NCBI RefSeq assembly: GCF_006345805.1
Contig: NW_021835097.1
Location: 1 to 43,497, forward strand
Source of the DNA: Octopus sinensis
Taxonomy: Eukaryota
DNA length: 43,497 bases
Direction of reading: 5' to 3'
Part shown: piece by piece, positions 1 through 12,380 of the stretch
Numbering within the stretch: the first letter of the stretch is position 1
How the letters are laid out: each line of letters opens with the position of its first letter
The notes under the pieces: generated by a model
The model's database searches: none
Told to the model about the DNA's origin: nothing
Seen by the model: the letters and a program-made list of their open reading frames with translations, nothing else
Program-made: the position numbers and the translations under genes

Positions 1-194
1 GGGAGCAAGCGATGCAGTTTCGTCACCTTGCCTGCATCTCGGACAGTCACACCAGAGTTTACAGTCAACGATTCTCTTGGTTAGAGAGAATCACCCCCAA
101 GAAATAATCATAAATCACAACCAACCAAGATTACCCTAATCGCCAAGATCAAGTAATCGTTTCCCCAACTGTTTTTCTTCGGCGTACATACATA

Positions 195-295
195 ATGATC
201 TTGGTGATGATGATGATGATGATGATGACGATGATGATGATGATGATGATGGTGATGATGGTGATGATGATGATGAAAGTGGTGATGATGATGAT
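195..295. repeat. (GAT)n trinucleotide microsatellite
   Basis: Visible gatgatgat run; source of the poly-H/poly-M/poly-I ORFs. Confidence 0.95.
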
Positions 296-487
296 TAGCC
301 GCAAGTGCTCGAAACAGACAGTACAATATGATACAAAGAACATCAAACAGGGGGTGTATAATAACATGAAATGTAAAAAAAAACACCTTTTTCCAATTAA
401 ATAGGGATGCAAATTTTAAAAAATTGTAAATGAAAGCATAAAAGAATAATTACAAAAAAATACATGCATAAAAACCAACGTAATTGA

Positions 488-805
488 AGCATGGCTGAGT
501 GGTTAGAAGCTTTCCGGGCTCAGTCCCACTGCATGGCACCTTGGACATGTGTCTTCTATCATAGCCTCGGGCTGACCAAAACTATGGCAGTGGTTTTGTA
601 GACGGAAACTGAAAGAAGGCCATCGTGTGTGTGTGTGTGTTTATCCCCCAACTCCATTGAAAGTCGGTGTTGGTGTGATTACTTCCCCGTAACTTAGCGT
701 AAATACCAGGCTTTAAAAAAATGTACTGGGGTCAATTCCTTCGACTGAAAATTATTCAAGGTGATGTTCCAGCATGGCCGAAACAAGAAAAAGATAAAAG
801 ATAAA
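488..805 (+). mobile_element. tRNA-derived SINE family A, degraded copy
   Basis: tggctgagtggttag A-box-like head; tcagtcccactgcatggcaccttgg; gtagacggaaactgaaagaag; ccccgtaacttagc; aaacaag...aaaagata tail; matches the intact copies at 21555 and 40099. Confidence 0.85.
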
Positions 806-885
806 ATCACTGAATATTCACAAATATATATACACACACGTGTGAGAAACAATGACTCCCTCCGCTTGTACTACAAGTCAAAGTA

Positions 886-1431
886 TTGAGTTGTCCGGAA
901 AGTTCTTGCCGATTTATAGTAGCTTACCTTTCGACTTATTTTAGATTATGGTTGAGTCCCTAAAATAGGATTTGACTACACATTCATTTAGAGCACAGTT
1001 TAAGCTATCTTTTCGTGGAAGAATGTTTATGTTCCTATAACCTGTGTTAATTCTGTAACCCTTTAAAATGGAAGATAAGAAAGTTCGTTTTCGGCAGTTG
1101 ATACTTTGGGAACCAGACAAAAATTGCTGCAGCTCGGATGGGATGTGTTACCCCCACCCTTCATATTCAACAGATATTGCTCCTTCGGATTTCCACTTAT
1201 TCAGGTCTCTGCAGAATAGTCTTAATGGTAAAATTTTCAATTCCTTGCATTAATTCTTTGCCATGAAACCACCTCAATTCTGGGAAGAGGGTATTTTCAA
1301 GTTAAAGGAAATATGGAGACGCATTGTGTAACAAAATGTTTCATATTTGGTTGGTTAAAAATGTAATGGCAAGTTTTTATTGACCTTTTTCTTTCCTTTA
1401 AAAATCGGCACGAACTTTCCGGACACCCCGA
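886..1431 (+). mobile_element. Internally deleted mariner (DD34D-type) DNA transposon
   Basis: About 30-bp TIRs (ttgtccggaaagttcttgccgattt / aaatcggcacgaactttccggaca), with TA on the left. Transposase N-terminus MEDKKVRFRQLILWE is fused to the C-terminus TRQKLLQLGWDVLP..HPSYSTDIAPSDFHLFRSLQNSLNG (YSPDLAPSD motif), followed by ..KPPQFWEEGIFKLKEIWRRIV. Confidence 0.92.
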
Positions 1432-1951
1432 TTGTTTAGGATAAGGGCGTCTTTAGGTTTGAGACAAACAGTTGGGCAAGGACTGAATCCTTTGTTGGTC
1501 AAGATGAAATTTCATCTGTGAGATTCTTTGAATAGCAATTGTTGGTGAGTTGACAACATCAGCGGGGACTGTATCAATGTTTATCTAAATCTGGATTGCA
1601 TTGCAGGGATGAAACTAACCGATGTCGAGAGTTGGACATTGCGAAAAATTCATTTTCTGCAGCGGTGACATGTTTATTGGGTGAATATGAGAGCAGAGAA
1701 AAGAGAGAGCATTGATGTCAACGAGGGTGAAGACGTAAGAGAAGGGTGGAATCAATAAATGTTTGTAGCTAAATCTGTGTGTGTGTGTGTGTGTCTATGT
1801 GTGTGTGTGTGTTTGTGCAATTAAATTTATCTCAATCTGTCTCTCTCTGTCTCATTCTCTCTTTTTCTCTGTCTCTGTCTCTTTCTCTCTTTCATTCCCT
1901 CTCTCTCTCTCTCTCTCTCTTCTCAAACACACACGAATATGCGTATCTATA

Positions 1952-2464
1952 TCTATATATATAAAACTGTAGTTGTGTGAGTGTCTGTCCCCTTCGATTT
2001 AGATTCCTAACTACTCCCACATTTTGCGGTGCAGTTTAACCAAATTCGGGTATCTTATAGTCGTGATTAATATCAAGCCCGTCTGGCTATTAGCGCGCGT
2101 CTACGATGAGTCTACGATTTTAAAAATAATTTAACATCATTTTTTATTCCATTTTAATGGATAATTTTCGTGTGTCGATGGCGGCGGAGTTGGCGTCAAT
2201 GGTCAACCTGCACCTGTTTGCTTCTCCCCCTTCTTTCCCTCCCTCGTGAAGCTGTGGGAAAGGGAGGTGTAAGGAAATCAACGTCGTAAAGCGTTGTCAA
2301 GGAGACCAGCGTTCTTTTAGAACAACGACTTCATGGCTTGAAGACACCAAAACAGAAATGGCTAAGAAAGCCCGAATTGGCATCTATAAGGGAAGTAACT
2401 CTCTAAAAATGCTTATATAGTTATTTCCCTTACAAACCCAAGCAACGCCGGGCGATACTGCTAG
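1952..2464 (+). mobile_element. Non-autonomous Helitron
   Basis: 5' A|TCtatatatataaaac start; 3' subterminal hairpin cccaagcaacgccggg about 10 nt before CTAG|T; inserted between A and T with no TSD; no coding capacity. Confidence 0.8.
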
Positions 2465-2573
2465 TATATATATATGTATGTACGTGTATTTCTGTGTTTG
2501 CGTATATGTCCATTAGTATCTCAATCTCCCTCTTTTTCTCACTAAATACATACACTATATGTGGCAGTGTGGG

Positions 2574-2730
2574 AGCGCAGGAGTGGTTGTGTGGCAAGAG
2601 GCTTGCTTCCCAGTCACGAATTCAGTCCCGATGCGTGGTACCTTGGGCAAGTGGCTTCTACTATTGCCTGGGAGCGACCGAATCCTTGTGAGTGGATTTG
2701 GTAGACGGAAACTGAAAGAAGCCCGTCGTA
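2574..2730 (+). mobile_element. SINE family A, 5' half
   Basis: gcgcaggagtggttgtgtggcaag head; ccttgggcaagt; gtagacggaaactgaaagaagcccgtcg. Confidence 0.9.
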
Positions 2731-2744
2731 TATATGTATATATA

Positions 2745-2980
2745 TATTTCTTTACTGCCCACAAGGGGCTAAACATAGAGGGGACAAGCAAGGACAGACA
2801 AAGGGATTAAGTCGATTACATCGACCGCAGTGCGTAACTGGTACTTTATTTATCGACCCCGAAAGGATGAAAGGCAAAGTCGACCTCGGCAGAATTTGAA
2901 CTCAGAACACGTAACGGCAGACGAAATACGGCTACGCATTTCGCCCGGCGCGTGCTAACGTTTCTGCCAGCTCACCGCCT
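2745..2980 (-). mobile_element. tRNA-derived SINE family B, full length
   Basis: Reverse complement reads ggcggtgagctggcagaaacgttagcac..gagttcaaattc (B box)..gcctttcatcctttcggggtcgataaa..; matches the 11842 copy. Confidence 0.92.
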
Positions 2981-2981
2981 T

Positions 2982-2989
2982 TATATATA

Positions 2990-3066
<77 letters not shown>

Positions 3067-3092
3067 ATATATGATATATATATAATTATATA

Positions 3093-3180
<88 letters not shown>
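2982..3180. repeat. (TA)n microsatellite
   Basis: Direct inspection. Confidence 0.95.
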
Positions 3181-3480
3181 GGGAAGCTTTATGAAAATAA
3201 ACAAAAGACGAAGGCAGGTGGAAACAACACGAACAATTGTATAGTATGGCGCTCAGGAAATATAATAAAACAAGTCTTTAACGTTTCGAGCCTGCGCTCT
3301 TCACAGAAAGACACACAGAGAGAGAAAAACACAGAAAGTAGGAGAGAAAAAAAATGCGTGCAGTAGCTAACGAATCAACATGGCGATGTGATTCGGCAGA
3401 GGTCAAAGATCAAACATGAGACGCGAGAAGCGAAATAAGGGGAGATAATAGGGTTGATAAAAGGTTTGAGGGACCAGCTA
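3181..3480 (-). mobile_element. PLE-type 3' end/pLTR fragment (family P1) abutting (TA)n
   Basis: Homologous to 26745-26870 (-) and 35840-36016 (+); contains a minimal HHR motif; 3' end abuts a TA repeat. Confidence 0.7.
3274..3312 (-). ncRNA. Minimal type I hammerhead-like motif, variant core CUGUGA(A)
   Basis: Reverse complement: GTCTTT-CTGTGAA-GAGC gcag GCTC-GAAA-CG-TT-AAAGAC; perfect 6-bp stem I, 4-bp stem II, palindromic ACGU helix III; core has a 1-nt deletion relative to sister copies. Confidence 0.65.
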
Positions 3481-3670
3481 AAAGTGCGTGGGAGGGGTCT
3501 GGATGTGTGTATGTATAGGGTTGGTGTATGTATTAGTATGTATAAGGGTGTGTGTGTGTGTGTGTTGTGTGTATGAGAGAGTATTAGTGCGTAGGATTGG
3601 TCTGGACGTGCGTATGTATGGGGTTGGTGTATGTATTAGTATGATTAGTATGTATAGTACGTATATATAC

Positions 3671-3731
<61 letters not shown>

Positions 3732-3907
3732 CGTTTAAATATTTGTTGTGCAAGATTTTTTATGTGAAGTCGTGTGTTGAAACAGATATGTTATATTTCG
3801 GAATGGTCATATTGCCAGTTTAACCAATAAAAAACACACGCACTATATATTTGGTGTTATTTTGCTTCAGTGATATTTATTTTTTACATAAATCTTAATC
3901 TTATTTC

Positions 3908-3952
3908 GGCCAAAGTTCTTTCGTCACACTCCTGTGACCGCATCAGTGGTCC
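3908..3952 (-). ncRNA. Minimal hammerhead motif, core CUGAUGC (A9C), in inverted pLTR
   Basis: Reverse complement: GGACCA-CTGATGC-G-GTCAC aggagt GTGAC-GAAA-GAAC-TT-TGGCC. Confidence 0.65.
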
Positions 3953-4069
3953 TTTGTTTTCTTCTCACTTACTTGTGTCTCTCCTTACTAACCGTCAGCC
4001 ATTTTGTATTTCTGTTGTATGTCTTCATTTGCGCATGCTTATATCTCTATGTGCGTCTATGTTTATTTA

Positions 4070-5097
4070 GCTAACTCCATCCACCAGAGTATTAAGGTCA
4101 CAATAAACTACCCCACTAAACACCCCAACCATAGACTACCAGTACTAGACACTGAACTCTGGCTAGAAATTGTGAAAAATAAAACCCAAATATTCATTCA
4201 TTCTATGCAAAACCTATGGCCTCAAAACCTGATCCACCGGAACTCAGCCATTGCGGGCAATGCCAAATTCAATATTTTGATGGCAGACCTCGTCAGAATA
4301 ATGAGAAATGTGTCACGCATGTGCGAGCCTACAGAATTAAAGAGACACATACAGTATTTCATTCACCGCATGCAGTTCTCAGGTTACAGCCATAAAGAAA
4401 GGATCAGAGTATACAAAGGAGCCATGAAGAAATTTGATAATATATTATGTAATGATAGGAATGGGATTTGCCCACTCTATAGGAACAAGTCATGGAACAC
4501 TATAGAAAGGACAAAAAGAAAATAGGGAAGGCCAACTCTTGGTATGATAGCCATAAATACCAGAGTGTCATGTTCGTTGACACCACCCCTGGAGGTGAAC
4601 TGGCGTACCGCTTTAGAAGGACCGTAGATAAACTTAAACTAAGAATTAAGGTTGTGAAAAGCCAGGCAACCCTATCAGATCTATAATTGGTAGAACCTAT
4701 CCTTTTAGTAGAACTCTCTGTACGGATAACTATTGCACTGTATGTAGATTTAGCCCACAAACAACTGTAAAGCCAGAAATGTGGTCTATAGTATAAGATG
4801 TATAGAGGGACGATGCAGTAACAAGACAGTAACATACGTAGGGAAACAGCAAGAAGCATTGGAGAGCGGGTGAATGACATTGGAGACAACTCAGGAAGGT
4901 AAAAGCTCATCGATTCTGTACCAACACGCCGAACAAGAACACGGGGGATCAATCAATAACATAGAGATTAAGATATTGTCCACACATAGAACAGATGCAA
5001 CAATTAGACAAATTACAGAAGCTACAATATAATAGAAAATAAACCTAGCCTGAATAGAAAACTAGAATGGAGCAATAGCACACACCACAATATATGA
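4070..5097 (+). pseudogene. PLE polyprotein remnant: RT C-terminus/thumb, Cys linker, GIY-YIG endonuclease (frameshifted)
   Basis: ANSIHQSIKVTINYPTKHPNHRLPVLD..MQFSGY..PLYRNKSW..WYD..VMFVDTTPGGEL; joined manually across frameshifts: CTDNYCTVC..CKARNVVYSIRCIEGRC..YVGETARSIGERVNEH..HAEQEH..RQITEA..LNRKLEW, TGA at 5095-5097. Confidence 0.88.
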
Positions 5098-5226
5098 CGA
5101 TAGTGGATCCTGCAAACATAATAAATACACAGATAATTAAAGAAATAGAAATGAATAACTATATATTATATATGGGTGTTATATATATATATATAATATA
5201 TATGTATATGTGTATATATGTGTGTA

Positions 5227-5281
<55 letters not shown>

Positions 5282-5603
5282 TTTTTTTTTTTTTTCGATT
5301 AGATTATTATTATTATTGCTAATATTGTTGTTATACATACATACAAGCATATGTAATGATATAATGGGTAGATGTAAACACATGAACAAAATTAGAACAA
5401 AAGCAACAACAACAAAAACAAAATACAAATTACAAGAATGTATATAACCAGAAGATACAAATATTACAGGCATCCCCCCCACAAACACTAAATAAACATA
5501 GACGCACATAGAGATATAAGCATGCGCAAATGAGACATACAATAGAAATACAAAATGGCTGACGGTTAGTAAGGAGAGACACAAGTAAGTGAGAAGAAAA
5601 CAA

Positions 5604-5647
5604 GGACCACTGATGCAGTCACAGGAGTGTGACGAAAGAACTTGTCC
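5604..5647 (+). ncRNA. Minimal hammerhead motif, core CUGAUGC (A9C), in 3' pLTR
   Basis: GGACCA-CTGATGC-A-GTCAC aggagt GTGAC-GAAA-GAAC-TT-GTCC; the consensus of the two copies restores stem I GGACCA/TGGTCC. Confidence 0.65.
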
Positions 5648-5761
5648 GAAATAAGATTAAGATTTATGTAAAAAATAAATATCACTGAAGGCAAATAACA
5701 CCAATATATAGTGCGTGTGTTTTATGGCTAAACTGGCAATATGACCATTCCGAAAATAAAA

Positions 5762-5811
<50 letters not shown>

Positions 5812-5865
5812 AAAAAATGAAGTTCGAAAATGCTGCTGTATTATACAATTTTAATTTTTATATAT

Positions 5866-5915
5866 ACATTATAACATGTTTCAGTTCCTGAAATGAACCT
5901 TATCAAAAAAAGTTA
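5866..5915 (-). ncRNA. Hammerhead-like motif with U3:A8 core, stem I degraded
   Basis: Reverse complement: TTGATAA-GGTTC atttcag GAACT-GAAA-CATG-TT; palindromic helix III; same strand as, and 3' of, the 6750-7597 PLE ORF. Confidence 0.45.
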
Positions 5916-6285
5916 TATATAAAAAGAGACAGCTCATGCCGTCAAACACAAGAAATTCATTTATAATACACAACGGAGTCAGACATCTTAGAGTTCATGT
6001 ATAGTTGATATATTTCATGTATATTTGATATATAGTTTGAAGTATATGTTCAAAGTGTTCGATGCAGTGGCCCACGGTGGCGATACGTATTCAATAAAAA
6101 AAAACAGATCAAAGTGGTGGAAGCGGTCAATACAGAAGATTGATGTTTCCGAAAGAGCGAGGAATTCATTTTTACCTTAAGCAATTGTGATGACCTATGG
6201 TGGAAGTTCGCTGGGTGGTTCTAGTGGGTTTTTGTGAAATGCTCGGTTTTATAATGCCTGTTAGGTGGTCAATCTAGCGTAGCGT

Positions 6286-6619
6286 GACGTCATCAATGTT
6301 TTGACCAATCGTTTCGTTAGGTGGCTTTAATCAAGTGGAACGGGACGTCATCATTATTTTGACCAATCGCTGCATTATAACTCCCTCTAGTTTGCTTCCT
6401 GTCTTGACCAGTCGCTTCGTTAGTCAAGCATAGCGGGACGTCATCCAGATTCTGCCCAATCACGACTTATAGCTACATTAGATCTGCCCCCTGTCTGTAC
6501 TTGTTAGGTGACTATTCAAGCAGAAAAGGACGTCATCAATATTCTGACTAATGACTGTCCCCTGTTTGTATCCTGTCCATTCTAGCAGAGCTAGACGTCA
6601 TCAACTTGTTGACCAATCA
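6286..6619. promoter_or_regulatory. Five GACGTCA-N12-CCAAT modules (CRE-like plus CCAAT box) in the PLE 3' region
   Basis: Modules start at 6286, 6344, 6437, 6529 and 6594; spacing is always 12 nt; the fourth has CTAAT; function inferred only. Confidence 0.5.
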
Positions 6620-6749
6620 GAATCGGGTCTGACCCTTAGCTGTATCGTATGTATCAGGGTCAGATTTGCACGAAAGAATTTTTTTCCCTTTTTACTAAGT
6701 CATATTTCCGTCAGAGTGAGTGTCTGCTTGAAGTAGCGGCCGTGGTGAA

Positions 6750-7597
6750 ATTTGGTTCTCCTTTTCGGAGGACTTATCTTTTGTTTTAGTATTCCTGGCC
6801 CAGGGTGTTTAAACTTGGTCTAAATTTTTTTATGAAATATAGTTCTTTATTTTGGCGTGTGTGTGAAGGTTGCGTTGTCACTGAATTTATAGAGCGGGTT
6901 AGTTGTAAATTTCGGATTTACATTTCCAGCACATCTATCTATGTGTCCGCTGACCGGTATTTTGCGGTAATCAGGGTTTCTAATTTGTGATTTATGCACC
7001 GCCATCCTGTTACGTAAGCTATTTTTTGTATGGCCTATATACTGCCTATTGCAGCCTGCGCATGTTATGACGTAAAGTAAGTTTTCTGATGCGCAGGTGA
7101 AGTTTGTTCTAATGGTGAACTGGTGGCCTTGTTCCAGTATAAATTCTGATCCTTCTTTCAAGATGACACAGATTCCGCAGTTGGGCCTTCCACATTTTCT
7201 AACTGCTGGTTTTGTGGTTGATGTTGAGTGCAGTGTAGCTTGGGTTAAAATCCTTTTCAAGGATTTTGGTTGCCGTTTACTTTTAATGATGGTGTGTGTT
7301 TCGAGGATCCGGTTCATCTTTTGGTCTCCTTTAGTAGGGCTGTGCTTTGTAGTATGGTGTTGAAGGCCTCATTGTTGAGTGGGTTGTGTGTAGAGATGTA
7401 GGGAAGGGTTTTTAATTGTTCTTTCTTTTTTGGTTTTGTTTGTCTCAGGTCTTCTATACTTAATTTAAGTACCCGTTGGATTGCACTGTCTATTAGGGGC
7501 TGTGGATAGTTTCTATTTGTGAGTGTGGTTCTAAGTTCCTGGAGACGTGTGTGTCGGGTGTTTGTGTCTGATATTATGGTGCAAATCCTTCTAGCTA
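6750..7597 (-). pseudogene. Penelope-like element ORF 3' part (thumb, CxxxxCxxC linker, GIY-YIG endonuclease), Neptune/Nematis-like
   Basis: [28 protein letters not shown]; ORF 6847-7317 has KCGRPNCGIC..FTCASENLLYVITCAGCNRQYIGHTKNSLRNRMAVH; truncated at (TA)n. Confidence 0.9.
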
Positions 7598-8090
<493 letters not shown>

Positions 8091-8109
8091 TACATACGTG
8101 TATGTATTT

Positions 8110-8285
8110 GTTATTTGTGTCTGTGTTTGTCCCATCTACATTGCCTGACAACCGATGTTGGTGCGTTTAAGTTCCCGTAACCTAGCAGTTCGGCAAAAAG
8201 TAACTGATAGAAGAAGTCCTGGGGTCGATTTGTTCGACTAAAGGTAGTGCTTCAACATGGCCACAGTCATATGACTAAAACAAGT
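8110..8285 (+). mobile_element. SINE family A, 3' half
   Basis: tgacaaccgatgttggtg..gttcggcaaaa..cctggggtcgatttgttcgactaaagg..catggccacagtca. Confidence 0.85.
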
Positions 8286-8343
8286 ACACAGACACACACA
8301 CACACACATATATACACACACTCTCAGACAAATATATAAGTAC

Positions 8344-8374
<31 letters not shown>

Positions 8375-8458
8375 TACAAATATACATATACATGTATATA
8401 CATACATACATATATATATTTATATAAATATATATATGTATACTTATATAGACATTTG

Positions 8459-8510
<52 letters not shown>

Positions 8511-8642
8511 CGTATGTATATACATACATACATCCATACATACATACATACATACTACGCTTTGATCTCAGCTAAGGGCCGTACTTGTAATTATGCATAT
8601 ATGAGTTTTACATATATTTATTCAGCAATTAAATGCGACACA

Positions 8643-8760
<118 letters not shown>

Positions 8761-9304
8761 TACCAATTATTAAACCACCATTCAGAACAAAAGGACTTTA
8801 TATGGTGGCTCTTTGTACTTGCTTAAATTTGATTTTGCAGACACGTATCTTTGTGTTTGCTGTGTTTGTGTGCGTTTATGTCCATGAATGTGTATGTATC
8901 TGTGTGTGTGTCTGTGTGTGTATATTTTTCATCATCGTATTTGTCTATGTATATATGTGTATGCTATTGTAGATATGTATGTGGTTGCATGTGTATGTTA
9001 ATATTCTTCTTTGTTTTCACGCTCCCGACTGCCCCACCCTCAAAGCATTTTGATAATCATATTGCACTCTAGTAATTATGTTACATCGATAATTAAATTG
9101 GGATAAGGCAGACTTCCATATATTGTCCATTAATCAAAGTCTAATTGTCACCATATTTCTGATCCTGAGTCTGTAGTTGAAGAGATTTGAAGATAACAAG
9201 CAATGGACAGGACCCTACAACCTGATGGTTCTTCATCGCATAAGAATGGCTTTTGTCATTCAATTTAACTATTGATCAATCGTTGTCAATGTCTCACCAT
9301 TTCT

Positions 9305-9305
9305 G

Positions 9306-9397
<92 letters not shown>

Positions 9398-9398
9398 C

Positions 9399-9434
<36 letters not shown>

Positions 9435-9513
9435 ATCTATCTATCTATCTATCTATCTACCTATCTATCTACATATGAATATGTATATATGCGTGTGTGT
9501 GTGTACGTGCTTG

Positions 9514-9544
<31 letters not shown>

Positions 9545-9570
9545 ATGTGTGTGTGTTTGTGTGTGTGCGT
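9305..9570. repeat. (CTAT)n followed by (GT)n microsatellites
   Basis: Direct inspection. Confidence 0.95.
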
Positions 9571-9730
9571 TCGTTAGTGTGTGTCCCTTTAGAAAGTAAG
9601 AACATTTCGAATGCAAGTGAGTAGCTGTGAAAGCAGATTCAGAAAATCGGGTAAAATACCCCCTACAAACGGGAAACGTTGTCAGTAGCTGTTACGGAGA
9701 TTTGAACTCTGTATCTCTCAAATTCCGGCT

Positions 9731-9894
9731 AGGCGCAGCAGTGGCTGTGGAGTAAGAATATATTTTCCCAGCCACAATGTGCACTGGATGCACCAGGCCT
9801 ACTGCGTGAAACCTTGGCCAAGCGATTTCTACTGTAGCCTCGGCCCGATAAAAGCCTTCTGAGTGGATTTGGCAGACAGAAACTGAAAGAATCC

Positions 9895-9900
<6 letters not shown>
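9731..9900 (+). mobile_element. SINE family A, 5' half, diverged
   Basis: ggcgcagcagtggctgtggagtaag..accttggccaag..gagtggatttggcagacagaaactgaaagaa. Confidence 0.85.
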
Positions 9901-9929
<29 letters not shown>

Positions 9930-10060
9930 TAAATGATTGAAATAACTAAAAGATAAATGTTATATATATTTACGTATATAATACATACATATTTGAGCAT
10001 ATAGTTTTGAATAAATGCGCAATTCTTAGATACACTTACACATACACAGAACCCTCTTCC

Positions 10061-10094
<34 letters not shown>

Positions 10095-11841
10095 ATAGAT
10101 ATGCCTACGCACAAACATGTACATATATTCATACACACTCAATCACAAGCGCGCGCACACCCACACGCACGCATGTCCTCATACTTAATCATATACAAGC
10201 ATACATGTGTATAGTAGAACGCACCAGCTGACGTTTAGTATCTGTGATATCCAGCCATTAATCATTGTAAATGAGAGTACTAAAAGTAGAAAAAAAGGTA
10301 AAAAAAACGGCAAATATATCATAGAAAATAAGCTATAAATCACGGTAAAATCAATAAAATAATACCGATATATGAATAGATTAAAGGAGAACTTGAAATT
10401 GAATAAAAAAAATATAAATGAAATTCATTTCGCCGCTTGTACTGGAATTGAACTTAAGTTCGATACAGTTCAATTTAGTGCAGATCTACAAAAGCTTAAT
10501 TGGTTGCCTGGCTCTCCAGTGCAGAATGGACCGTCGTAGGAGGAGAATGTCTTCCATATAGAGATTGTTCACGTCCGATAGGTACAGAATTTTGTTTTAT
10601 TGACAATTTTGTTTTAGCAATCATTCCGTATATATTCTCGTTGCCTGGAATTGAGTTCACCATTATATACTGATATTTTATACAATCATATATTTTCTGC
10701 CATCCATCAATAAAACCACCCCTATTGTTTTCTTTTTTATATTATAAACGTTCCTATCACATCGATATTAATGTTAGCATATGTCCGCTCGTCGCTGCAA
10801 ATAACGAAATATTTTACATCGTTATGTATTAGTTGCTGCGGTTACGGTCGTTGTTTTTTTTTCTGTTTGTTTTCTTTTATTTTTCTTCTGTCAATTGTTA
10901 ATGAATAAATGTATGGCAATATGAGATTACTAATTATAAAGTACGGCCAACCGTCACATGCGAACGAATACGGCCTGGCAACATGAGCCATACTTTCGTT
11001 CGTGTCTTAGCTACCAATGCCATCACGAGCAGATAAGGACACTTACTTGTACCTTCCCCCATTGACCCAGCAGAACATGGAACAGCATTTGGGTGGCACT
11101 TGTTACAGCTGTGCAGCCTGGAGCGACGGGAAATGAAGTTCCTGGATGAAGAACAAGTCTCACCACCCGGTTCAGGTATTGAACTCACAACTTTATGATT
11201 TATGAGTCGAACATCTTATCCATAAGGTCACATGACCTTTGTTCCGTCTAGACGTGTCATGTGTCACCGTTGTAGTTCCCTCTGAGTTACACTTGCTCAA
11301 TTTGTGATGCGTCGTGAGAAAATCAGAAACTGGTGCTTCTAATACAAATGCAGGTTATTTCTTTATTCCCATAAATGCTGGTACGACACCATTGGAAACG
11401 GTCTCAGGGTACTCGAGCTCGAGTAGGACAGATACGCAGCTGCGTTTCCTCTGCGATTATGATTTGTGGTTTATACCCCAGAACATTTGGCGGCAATAAT
11501 TAAATTCATAATGTTGCTGCCACTGTTTATGTGTGCGTGCGCGCACACATCACTTGAGTGCATCAGGCTATTAAAGACACACGCACACACACACACGTGT
11601 GCGTATGTATGTGTGTGTGTGTGTGTGTGTGCGTAGCGTAAAGGAATATGCCTTTGGAATTTTGGCATGTGCCTTATTAACACTCTGATGTAATCCAGGT
11701 CTGGCTAACCACATCGAATGATAGGAAACATACAGGATTGTTTAAGATAAACAATTACACAGTATTTCACTCGACTGGTAAACCCTGAGTTCGCTTCCTT
11801 AGATTTCATGCAGCATCCGGCGTATATAATCTGGATATTAA

Positions 11842-12075
11842 GGCGGCGAGCTGGCAGAACTGTTAGCACGCCGGGCGAAATGCCTCCCCGTATTTCGTCT
11901 GCCGTTACGTTCTGAGTTCAAATTCCGCCGAGGTCGACTTTGCCTTTCATCCTTTCGGAGTCAATAAATTAAGTACCAGTTACGCACTGGGGTCGATGTA
12001 ATCGACTCAATACGTTTGTCTGTCCTTGTTTGTCCCCCCTATATTTAGCCCCTTTTGGATAGTGAAGAAACATAT
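11842..12075 (+). mobile_element. SINE family B, full length with TSD
   Basis: ggcggcgagctggcagaa head; gagttcaaattcc B box; direct repeat ctggatattaa at 11831-11841 and 12079-12089. Confidence 0.93.
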
Positions 12076-12380
12076 AAACTGGATATTAAAAACAAGAATG
12101 GAAAACTATACATGTCCAAAATTTGATTATTACAATATTATTGTCATTAAATTCCAATCTGACCCGTGTTTCAGTTGGACAAGTATGCTAATGTCCTTTA
12201 GTGTAGCATTTATATGTACTTAGTTGGTTCATCTGCAGTGCTTAATCATCGAATGTAAACATAACTATGCAGTTTGTCGAAGGTTTTGCCATGGCCGGTG
12301 AAGAATTTCATGAGAATTTAATGAGAGTAACACTGTAATATACAAAATCAGATGCCGTATAATTCTCCAATCTTCTTCAT

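Larger units (their letters stand above)
3795..5756 (+). mobile_element. 5'-truncated Penelope-like retroelement with inverted pLTR copy at its 5' end
   Basis: About 275-bp inverted repeats (3795-4070 and 5487-5756) flank an RT-thumb plus GIY-YIG remnant; each repeat carries an HHR motif. Confidence 0.88.

Noticed and set aside
2494-2810. Recurrent peptide-like ORFs (RRASFSFRLPNP..KVPR..) here and at 18206, 21520, 31812 and 41243
   Set aside because: Chance frames through SINE family A copies.
6286-6619. CRISPR-like repeat-spacer array
   Set aside because: Eukaryotic context, degenerate repeats, irregular related spacers and no cas genes.
10418-10561. 47-codon ORF MKFISP..CRMDRRRRRMSSI with downstream AATAAA
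   Set aside because: No recognisable homology or convincing splice context; compatible with chance.
11314-11499. Non-repetitive 61-aa ORF / possible exon
   Set aside because: No domain motif recognised in any frame. Small host exons cannot be excluded without RNA-seq.
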